Below are positions 11,223 through 17,073 of a stretch of DNA of 24,000 nt, piece after piece (the stretch's first letter is position 1; each line of letters opens with the position of its first letter). The DNA comes from Candidatus Saccharimonadales bacterium. Its GTDB lineage: Bacteria; Patescibacteriota; Saccharimonadia; Saccharimonadales; EFPC-124. Under the pieces are notes generated by a model, which made no database searches, was not told the origin of the DNA, and saw only the letters and a program-made list of their open reading frames with translations. The translations under genes and the position numbers were made by a program. The DNA is taken from the NCBI GenBank assembly GCA_035710125.1, contig DASTDY010000070.1, forward strand, positions 4,198 through 28,197, in the 5' to 3' direction.

Positions 11223-12071
11223 TTATTTTGCGGCATCATTCCCCGCCACTGGTTTAAGTTCGGGTTTGAGTGAATGATCATCATGTGAATCGCCACCGTG
11301 CGACGTTGTGGCCATGCCAAGGTACGCCGTGGTAAGCATTATAAAAATGTAGGCTTGGATTACGCTAAAGAAAATCTCCATAAAGTACACAGGAATCGTT
11401 GCCGCCCAGCCAAAGTTACCTGCAATATCGCCAATGACGTGCAACAATACCTCGCCAGCGTAGATTACACCAAATAAACGCATGCTGAGCGTCATAATAC
11501 GAATAAATTCACCCATGACCTCTATAAGCCCTATAAAGAGGTTCATCGGATTCCACGGCTTGTTTGTGAAGTAGTTTCTTAGGTGCCCCACAAAACCAAG
11601 TTCACGAAGCGCATAAAACTGTACCAACCCAATGGTAAGCACGGCGAGCGCGAGCGTACCGTTAAGGTCGGTAGTAAAAGGGCGGAGTAGGGGAGTTACA
11701 TGCTCGCCAGACCCCACTGTTACAGTACCCACTCCTGGCAGCAAACCAGACAAGTTGCTAATTAAAATAAAGGTGAACAGGGTAATGATGAGCGGCAAAT
11801 GTTTTGCGGCTTTTTTGCGGTCACCCCCAAAGTTTTCGGCGGCTGCGCCCACAATAAGCTCTAGCAAGCTCTCTACCCAAAACGCAAATTTACTCTTTGG
11901 ACGCAAGGTTGTGCGGCGTGCGGCGGCAATAAAAATAGCCAGTACGGCAGCACCAAGTATGACGCCAAAAAACATGGCGTTGGTAACTACAAAAGACCCA
12001 ACATTAAAAATGGGCTCTGCCGCCAGGGGTACGCCGGTACCTATTGAAGCTATGTGCTGTAGATTCTGCAT
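11223..12071 (-). CDS. atpB: F1Fo ATP synthase subunit a
   Basis: GEFIRIMTLSMRLFGVIYAGEVLL (conserved Arg), multi-TM; first gene of operon. Confidence 0.95.
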   Translation of the reverse strand: MQNLQHIASIGTGVPLAAEPIFNVGSFVVTNAMFFGVILGAAVLAIFIAAARRTTLRPKSKFAFWVESLLELIVGAAAENFGGDRKKAAKHLPLIITLFTFILISNLSGLLPGVGTVTVGSGEHVTPLLRPFTTDLNGTLALAVLTIGLVQFYALRELGFVGHLRNYFTNKPWNPMNLFIGLIEVMGEFIRIMTLSMRLFGVIYAGEVLLHVIGDIAGNFGWAATIPVYFMEIFFSVIQAYIFIMLTTAYLGMATTSHGGDSHDDHSLKPELKPVAGNDAAK

Positions 12072-12083
12072 TTCTTGGTGGAT

Positions 12084-12112
12084 AGTATAGCAGTAAAACA
12101 GGTGTAGGCCAA
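12084..12112 (-). promoter_or_regulatory. atp operon promoter, near-leaderless
   Basis: Minus strand TTGGCC, 17-nt spacer, TATACT (extended TGC), ATG 12 nt downstream. Confidence 0.6.
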
Positions 12113-12354
12113 GGCTAAGGATCGTAACGCGCCACGACTGGTGGGACGATACCTTTTAAGAACCAGTCTTTGCGTTTGGCTCACCCACCGGTTTTGATTC
12201 GGGCGATCCCCGTTACGATCGACAGTGAATTTTCTTTAATACGCTTCCACACATAAATATGATACCAAACTAAATTAACAGTTGTTGGCATGCATGCAGC
12301 ATTTTGGGCAAGATGGCCACATATAATGCCAGAAGTGACGTTCTTTAGAAACAC

Positions 12355-12383
12355 TTGACTTCTTATACGAAATATTATATGAT
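12355..12383 (+). promoter_or_regulatory. Promoter of cassette 12461-12883
   Basis: TTGACT 12355-12360, 17-nt spacer, TATGAT 12378-12383. Confidence 0.65.
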
Positions 12384-12460
12384 TTAATTTAGTCTGCAAG
12401 GTAAAAACCAGCAAGACAAGCACCCTGCGTTACTACCGCCTAGGAAAAGGACTTTCCGAG

Positions 12461-12883
12461 ATGAACTTCTTCGCCAAGATCGCCCAGCGTTTCACCAGCA
12501 AGAAGACCGCGGCCACCGTGTTGCACATCTTCTGCACGATCCGTTCGATGCAGACGAAGGTTGGCGGCATGCTGCACTACGCGCTGGAGAGCACCACCCC
12601 CGCCTTGTTCTGGCCGACCAGCCACACCAACCCCGCAATGGGGTTCACGGTGTGGTCCACGCCGGACCTGCACGGGTTCACCATGGACGTCGCCATCTCT
12701 TGCCCCAACCGATTGGTGCGCGCCGCGACGGAGAGAGTCCTTCGGCAGAGCCCCTACCTGGCTCCTGGCTCGCTGCAGAGCAACGGCACCACCATCTGGT
12801 GCACGTTCTCCAGCGGCTACGCCGAGCTGGCGGATCGCTACTACACCGTGCGATCCAACATGCTGGCGTACCGCCCCTCCTAG
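12461..12883 (+). CDS. Hypothetical protein (140 aa), no recognised family
   Basis: ORF with own promoter; GC-rich; followed by a hammerhead ribozyme. Confidence 0.7.
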   Translation: MNFFAKIAQRFTSKKTAATVLHIFCTIRSMQTKVGGMLHYALESTTPALFWPTSHTNPAMGFTVWSTPDLHGFTMDVAISCPNRLVRAATERVLRQSPYLAPGSLQSNGTTIWCTFSSGYAELADRYYTVRSNMLAYRPS

Positions 12884-12929
12884 TCGATTCTTGGCTTCCG
12901 CACTGCGCGGAGCCGGCGGGACGCAGGGT

Positions 12930-12988
12930 GCGTTTCGTCTATATCTTATAGATATACTGATGAGCTCTGATAGAGCGAAACGAAACGC
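12930..12988 (+). ncRNA. Type III hammerhead ribozyme (copy 1)
   Basis: Stem III GCGTTTCGT/ACGAAACGC (9 bp), cleavage after C12939 (GUC), stem I TATATC-TTATA-GATATA, core CTGATGA, stem II GCTC-TGATA-GAGC, core GAA + A15.1. Confidence 0.9.
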
Positions 12989-13040
12989 CAACCAACACTA
13001 CATACCTTATAAGTCCAGCCATTTTTGGTTTAATTTACCA

Positions 13041-13069
13041 TTGACTTTTTTATATAAATATTATACAAT
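13041..13069 (+). promoter_or_regulatory. Promoter of cassette 13130-13600
   Basis: TTGACT 13041-13046, 17-nt spacer, TACAAT 13064-13069. Confidence 0.65.
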
Positions 13070-13129
13070 AGTACGGCATAGGAAATCCTTCCAAAGCACA
13101 AGCACCCTGCACGAACTTGAGAGGTCTAA

Positions 13130-13600
13130 ATGGGATTCATCAGCAACTTCCGCGAGTGGCTCATCACCGACCACTTCCGCAAGGAGTTGGGCGTGGTAGG
13201 TATGGCTCTGGCGGCCATTCGCGGCCAGCAGCTGCGCTACCAGATGCGCTACGAGCTTGCGATTGCCAGCAACAAACCCGTTTACGAACCCAACGGCCCG
13301 AACTTCACCAGCACCGTCGACGTCGTCACGCCCCTGGGCACAGTCAACCTGACCGCGAACGCCGTCGGCAACGACCTGTCCAAGCTCTACCTGAGCGTGG
13401 GCTGCGGCAAGCGCCTGGCTGTGGAGCTGATCGAGGCAGCGCTCGCGGCGTCGGGCGAGGAGTTCACCCCCTTCGGAGTGGACGCGTTGGAGTTCCAGCG
13501 GGCCGAGGACTACAACGACCTCCTCTACCTGTTCACCTGCGAGATCAGCGGTGTCCCCGCACACCTGGAGGAGAGCTACCACAAGGCCTTCCCAGGCTGA
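13130..13600 (+). CDS. Hypothetical protein (156 aa), no recognised family
   Basis: ORF; GAGAGG SD; own promoter; followed by hammerhead ribozyme copy 2. Confidence 0.7.
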   Translation: MGFISNFREWLITDHFRKELGVVGMALAAIRGQQLRYQMRYELAIASNKPVYEPNGPNFTSTVDVVTPLGTVNLTANAVGNDLSKLYLSVGCGKRLAVELIEAALAASGEEFTPFGVDALEFQRAEDYNDLLYLFTCEISGVPAHLEESYHKAFPG

Positions 13601-13653
13601 CCTCCAACACATTCGACAGTGTCTTCGGGCACAGTCGGGCGAACGCAGGGTGC

Positions 13654-13707
13654 GTTCGTCTATATCTATTAAGGTATACTGATGAGCCCTGTTAGGGCGA
13701 AACGAAC
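13654..13707 (+). ncRNA. Type III hammerhead ribozyme (copy 2)
   Basis: Stem III GTTCGT/ACGAAC, cleavage after C13660, stem I TATATC-TATTAA-GGTATA (one wobble), CTGATGA, stem II GCCC-TGTTA-GGGC, GAAA. Confidence 0.88.
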
Positions 13708-13720
13708 AAACGAAACATCT

Positions 13721-13780
13721 AAATAGGGTGGTTGTCTTTTTTTCGACTGTCTTAGAAGAAAAAAGACACCACCCTATTTT
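13721..13780. repeat. Long hairpin with conserved apex, copy 1
   Basis: AAATAGGGTGGT(T)GTCTTTTTTTC / GAAAAAAGACACCACCCTATTT around GACTGTCTTAGAA; may double as a bidirectional terminator. Confidence 0.8.
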
Positions 13781-13808
13781 GCTTAGATGTTTACTCAAAT
13801 AATCCTTA

Positions 13809-13836
13809 TTGACTTTCACTCACGATAGTATAATAT
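13809..13836 (+). promoter_or_regulatory. Promoter of cassette 13910-14326
   Basis: TTGACT 13809-13814, 16-nt spacer, TAATAT 13831-13836 (overlapping TATAAT 13829-13834). Confidence 0.6.
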
Positions 13837-13909
13837 ATAATAACCCCTTAGCGATCATTTCCGCTCTGGGCTTTACGTATCCCCGTTTCTGAATCAGGAG
13901 GCACTGCGA

Positions 13910-14326
13910 ATGATCGCAGCTTGCAGAACACAGATCACGGCCCTCGGCGAGAAAGTTTTGGCCTTCATCGGCGCGCCCGACTGCACCACCAACGACACCG
14001 CGTGGTTCGGCACCTTCGGCGTCGAGCTCGGGCTGCTGCCCGAAGCCAAAGACGACAGCGTGCGCATCACCTGCGCGGTGACGTTCGCGGAGGCCGACGA
14101 CGACCTCATGGACGCCGTCACGACCTCGCTGCACGACCTCGGCATGGTCAAGACCGACGAGGACCTCGCGGCGCGGCACCTCAAGTTCGAGATGCCGACC
14201 GAGATCTGGCGCAAGTACGCGGCCGACTGCGGTCAGATCGACCTGACCTCGCCGGCTACGATCACCCCGATCGGCGCGCCCACGACGTCGCACGGCCTCG
14301 ACCTGGCCCTCGCGACCACGGCCTGA
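13910..14326 (+). CDS. Hypothetical protein (138 aa)
   Basis: ORF preceded by AGGAGG at good spacing; own promoter and 3' hairpin. Confidence 0.7.
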   Translation: MIAACRTQITALGEKVLAFIGAPDCTTNDTAWFGTFGVELGLLPEAKDDSVRITCAVTFAEADDDLMDAVTTSLHDLGMVKTDEDLAARHLKFEMPTEIWRKYAADCGQIDLTSPATITPIGAPTTSHGLDLALATTA

Positions 14327-14341
14327 CCTGCTTCACCCGCC

Positions 14342-14389
14342 GGCGGCCCCACGCCCTGTCAACTCCTCCCGCGAGGGCGTGCGGCCGCC
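14342..14389 (+). terminator. GC-rich hairpin after cassette
   Basis: GGCGGCC-C-CACGCCCT / AGGGCGTG-C-GGCCGCC: 7+8 bp with one C.C mismatch, 16-nt loop; no T-run. Confidence 0.6.
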
Positions 14390-14446
14390 ACCCATGCAAG
14401 AAACGGGGGTACGCCCCCACCTAGACTTATATGCTATATTATTTAT

Positions 14447-14722
14447 ATGGATAGCGCTTCACACAAAACATCACCAGTCGTTGTATATAGCAGCCCCACC
14501 TGTGGTTTTTGCCACATGGCTATGGATTACCTTTCTGAAAAGGGCGTAGATTTTATAGAAAAAGACATCAGCACCGACCAAGAAGCCTTACGCTATGTAC
14601 TAGAGAAGGTCGGCCAGGCAGTCACTCCAATTATCACTATTGGCGACCAAAATATTGTTGGCTTTGACCGTGCAAAAATAGACGAAGCATTAAAACAGCT
14701 CAACCCACACGCGGCCGCCTAA
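14447..14722 (+). CDS. Glutaredoxin-like protein
   Basis: VVVYSSPTCGFCHMAMDYLSEKGVDFIEKDI...VTPIITIGDQNIVGFDRAKI: CxxC active site, TP and GF motifs. Extended -10 TGCTATATT ends 6 nt before the ATG. Confidence 0.9.
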   Translation: MDSASHKTSPVVVYSSPTCGFCHMAMDYLSEKGVDFIEKDISTDQEALRYVLEKVGQAVTPIITIGDQNIVGFDRAKIDEALKQLNPHAAA

Positions 14723-15292
14723 ATGGCATTTGAAGATTTTAAAACCAAGCCCAGTGTCGTTATTGTATACACTGGCGAAAGCAAGGGAAAAACCAGCGCC
14801 AGCATTGGCCTTATGTGCCGGGCTTTAGGGCGCGGCTGGCGGGTGGCCTATATCCAATTTATAAAAGACTGGGAAGTAGGGGAGCATACGTTTATCCGCA
14901 CTATCGAGCCCCTCTTTGAAGACCGTCTCACCTTTTACAAGGGGGGGAAGGGGTTTTTTAATGCCGGCAGTATCAGCGCAAAAGATGTGACGCCCGCCCA
15001 GCATCGCGAGGCGGCTAAAGCCACCTTTGACTTCGCCCAAAAATGTATAACGTCCGGAAACTACGACCTTGTGGTTTGCGACGAAATCAACAATGCCGTG
15101 GCCGACGGTCTTTTAACGGCCAAAAACCTAGCCTCATTACTACAAACCCGCGCCCCACACACCAGCGTGTGCGTGACCGGCCGGAATTTCCCAGAAGAGC
15201 TGCTGCCGCTGGCAGATATTGCAACCAACATGGCCAAGATAAAACACCATTTCGACGACAAATTTCTTGCCAACAAAGGCATAGACTACTAA
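14723..15292 (+). CDS. cobO: Corrinoid adenosyltransferase (CobO/CobA/BtuR-like)
   Basis: VIVYTGESKGKTSASIGLMCRALGRGWRVAYIQFIK (P-loop), DLVVCDEINNAV, VTGRNFPEEL. Start codon directly abuts the glutaredoxin stop. Confidence 0.9.
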   Translation: MAFEDFKTKPSVVIVYTGESKGKTSASIGLMCRALGRGWRVAYIQFIKDWEVGEHTFIRTIEPLFEDRLTFYKGGKGFFNAGSISAKDVTPAQHREAAKATFDFAQKCITSGNYDLVVCDEINNAVADGLLTAKNLASLLQTRAPHTSVCVTGRNFPEELLPLADIATNMAKIKHHFDDKFLANKGIDY

Positions 15293-15335
15293 AAAACCGC
15301 CAAGTTGCAGCGGCTGATGTTTTGCGAAAGTATGT

Positions 15336-15378
15336 GCCTGCGGCACCCCAACCCGAAAATCGGGTGGAGTGCCGCAGG
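15336..15378 (-). terminator. Hairpin at the 3' end of the minus-strand cassette
   Basis: GCCTGCGGCAC / GTGCCGCAGGC plus inner CCCGA/TCGGG. Confidence 0.6.
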
Positions 15379-15385
15379 CGGCCGT

Positions 15386-15649
15386 TCAGACGACGTAAGC
15401 GCCAGTGCGGGCGTCGCTGATCGAGGACTCAAAGTGCCCCCAGTCGCGCAGCTTCTGGAGCACCTGGCCCACGGTGTAGCTGCTGACGTTCTCCGGCGCG
15501 AAGAACACCACCGTCACAGGACCACTCCCGCTGTGCGCCTTGATGCCGGCGATGCCCAGCAACGAACCATGAAAGCCACCCTTGTCCAGGCAGACGGTCA
15601 TCTGCTCGTGGCCGGTGCCGGCTTCGTAGCCCCACGAAACGCTTCCCAT
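15386..15649 (-). CDS. Small hypothetical protein (87 aa, MGSVSWGYEAGTGHEQ...)
   Basis: ORF; SD-like AGGGG before ATG 15649 (the ORF track start at 15682 is a TTG). Confidence 0.6.
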   Translation of the reverse strand: MGSVSWGYEAGTGHEQMTVCLDKGGFHGSLLGIAGIKAHSGSGPVTVVFFAPENVSSYTVGQVLQKLRDWGHFESSISDARTGAYVV

Positions 15650-15687
15650 TTGTACCCCTGTCGCTCGTGCTGACTTTGACAAATGTT

Positions 15688-15729
15688 ATGCTATCACACC
15701 ATTTACAATTTTGTAAAGTGTGCTACCAT
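15688..15729. promoter_or_regulatory. Divergent promoter pair sharing a palindrome
   Basis: Palindrome TTTACAA-TT-TTGTAAA (15702-15717). Plus: TTTACA 15702-15707, 16-nt spacer, TGC-TACCAT 15724-15729. Minus: TTTACA 15717-15712, 18-nt spacer, TAGCAT 15693-15688. Confidence 0.5.
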
Positions 15730-15784
15730 ATACATCTACCCTGTGTAGGTAGTTTGTTGTCCGTTGTTTTGGAGAGGAACGCAA

Positions 15785-16213
15785 ATGTGTGAAGCGCGGC
15801 GCATCATGGTCACGCCCACCGGCATCGTGCAGGACACGCCCGCACCCCAACCGCAAGCGCAGGGGACGGACGCGCATCCGCCTACCGACCAGCAGGTGTT
15901 GCTGGCCGCCGACAAGCTGGCCGGCATCGAGCTGCTGGTGTCCAACTGCGTGGGCGGCGTCGATTCGACCACTGGAGCCAAGGTGTTACAACCGCTCGAG
16001 GGTGCCGACATCGGCCTGACCGTGCTGGTGGCAGCGAACGCCGAGGCGCCCGACGGCATCGACGTGGAGTTCTTCCGCATCGAGCCGTTGGCAGCCGACC
16101 CCCGCCTGCAGTACTTGGCGTACGACCCGTACGACGAGGTGTGGTTCTTGACCTGCGGCGGCTCGCTGTGCACCAGCACGTCCGAGAGCGAGCTGGTGGG
16201 CGCACCCGCTTAA
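15785..16213 (+). CDS. Hypothetical protein (142 aa)
   Basis: ORF with GGAGAGG upstream; terminator downstream. Confidence 0.7.
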   Translation: MCEARRIMVTPTGIVQDTPAPQPQAQGTDAHPPTDQQVLLAADKLAGIELLVSNCVGGVDSTTGAKVLQPLEGADIGLTVLVAANAEAPDGIDVEFFRIEPLAADPRLQYLAYDPYDEVWFLTCGGSLCTSTSESELVGAPA

Positions 16214-16247
16214 TCGGGCCAGACGCCGATTCAAGACATGCAACAAA

Positions 16248-16290
16248 AGCCCTGCTGGCACACCATGCGCGTACCAGCAGGGCTTTTTGC
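16248..16290 (+). terminator. Strong intrinsic terminator
   Basis: AAAAGCCCTGCTGG ... CCAGCAGGGCTTTTT. Confidence 0.85.
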
Positions 16291-16303
16291 TTTTTAAAAC
16301 TCT

Positions 16304-16379
16304 TGCTATAATTTTGGTGGGGAGTGAGTGCTTTTTTAGTGCTCCTCTCCACCAGCTGCTTTTAGAGCAGTTTTTATTT
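16304..16379 (+). ncRNA. Candidate small RNA: extended -10, hairpin, terminator
   Basis: TGC-TATAAT (16304-16312), imperfect hairpin GGTGGGGAG...CTCTCCACC (16317-16353), then CTGCT-TTTAG-AGCAG-TTTTTATTTTT. No ORF. Confidence 0.35.
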
Positions 16380-16406
16380 TTGTTCACCTTAGCTAAAAGA
16401 CCACGT

Positions 16407-16473
16407 AATAGCGGCAGGTATGTTCCATTTTTCGACTGTCTTAGAAGAAAAATGGAACATACCTGCCGCTATT
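16407..16473. repeat. Long hairpin with conserved apex, copy 2
   Basis: Perfect 27-bp inverted repeat AATAGCGGCAGGTATGTTCCATTTTTC / GAAAAATGGAACATACCTGCCGCTATT around GACTGTCTTAGAA. Confidence 0.9.
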
Positions 16474-16500
16474 GCAATCAACCTGACCATACAGTACCAT
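16472..16500 (+). promoter_or_regulatory. Near-leaderless promoter of the thermonuclease gene
   Basis: TTGCAA, 17-nt spacer, TACCAT, ATG 9 nt later (16510). Confidence 0.5.
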
Positions 16501-16509
16501 TTAATCGCC

Positions 16510-17073
16510 ATGACCCGACGCCGAGCTATATCTACAACAATCTCATTGCTAATCGCCATAGTGGCAATTATTATTGCCAGCTACCAGTATCCGCCGACCA
16601 CCCCCGCCACACCGGCTACCCAACCTGGATTTTACCGTGTTACAAAAATTAGCGACGGCGACACTATAACAGTAGATATGAACGGCACGGCCGAAACCAT
16701 CCGCCTAATCGGGGTAGATACGCCAGAGACACACAAACCAAATACACCCGTACAATGTTTTGGACAACAAGCGAGTGATTTTACCGCCAAAACGCTCACC
16801 AACACTAGTGTACGGCTCGAGGCCGACCCAACAAACGACAACCGCGACCGCTATGGCCGCCTACTGCGTTACGTGTACACCCAAGATGACACGCTGTTTA
16901 ATAAAATATTAGTAGAGCAGGGGTACGGGTTTGCGTACCTCAGTTTTCCATTTGAGAAAAAGGCTGAATTTTCTGATGCCCAGGCGATGGCGCAATCAGC
17001 CGGTAGCGGCCTCTGGAGCGCCTGCGGCACTATCAAATCGAGTACAGGACCGTGGCAAACAGTCACAAAATAA
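16510..17073 (+). CDS. Staphylococcal-type thermonuclease (SNase), N-terminal membrane anchor/signal
   Basis: ISDGDTITVDMNGTAETIRLIGVDTPETHKP...DRYGRLLRYVY...LVEQGYGFAY. Confidence 0.9.
   Translation: MTRRRAISTTISLLIAIVAIIIASYQYPPTTPATPATQPGFYRVTKISDGDTITVDMNGTAETIRLIGVDTPETHKPNTPVQCFGQQASDFTAKTLTNTSVRLEADPTNDNRDRYGRLLRYVYTQDDTLFNKILVEQGYGFAYLSFPFEKKAEFSDAQAMAQSAGSGLWSACGTIKSSTGPWQTVTK

Noticed and set aside
10935-12071. Similar N-termini of AtpB (MQNLQHIA) and AtpF (MQNLLHVA) as a possible shared leader
   Set aside because: Only ~8 residues with different codons; too short to exclude coincidence.
12440-12991. Minus-strand ORF of 183 aa
   Set aside because: Antisense to cassette 12461-12883 and overlaps the hammerhead; no translation signals.
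13061-13819. Minus-strand ORF of 252 aa across cassette, hammerhead and hairpin
   Set aside because: Runs antisense through the ribozyme, the promoter and the long hairpin; an artefact of GC-rich sequence.
13820-14293. Minus-strand ORF of 157 aa
   Set aside because: Antisense to the ORF with AGGAGG and promoter at 13910; low-complexity GC-rich composition.
12355-14389. Integron-like gene cassette array with attC sites
   Set aside because: I see no GTTRRRY/RYYYAAC core pairs, no integrase in the window, each gene has its own promoter, and orientations are mixed.
15312-15330. Possible third hammerhead core (CTGATGTTTTGCGAAAG)
   Set aside because: A9 is T, there is no stem II between the core halves, and no flanking stems I or III.
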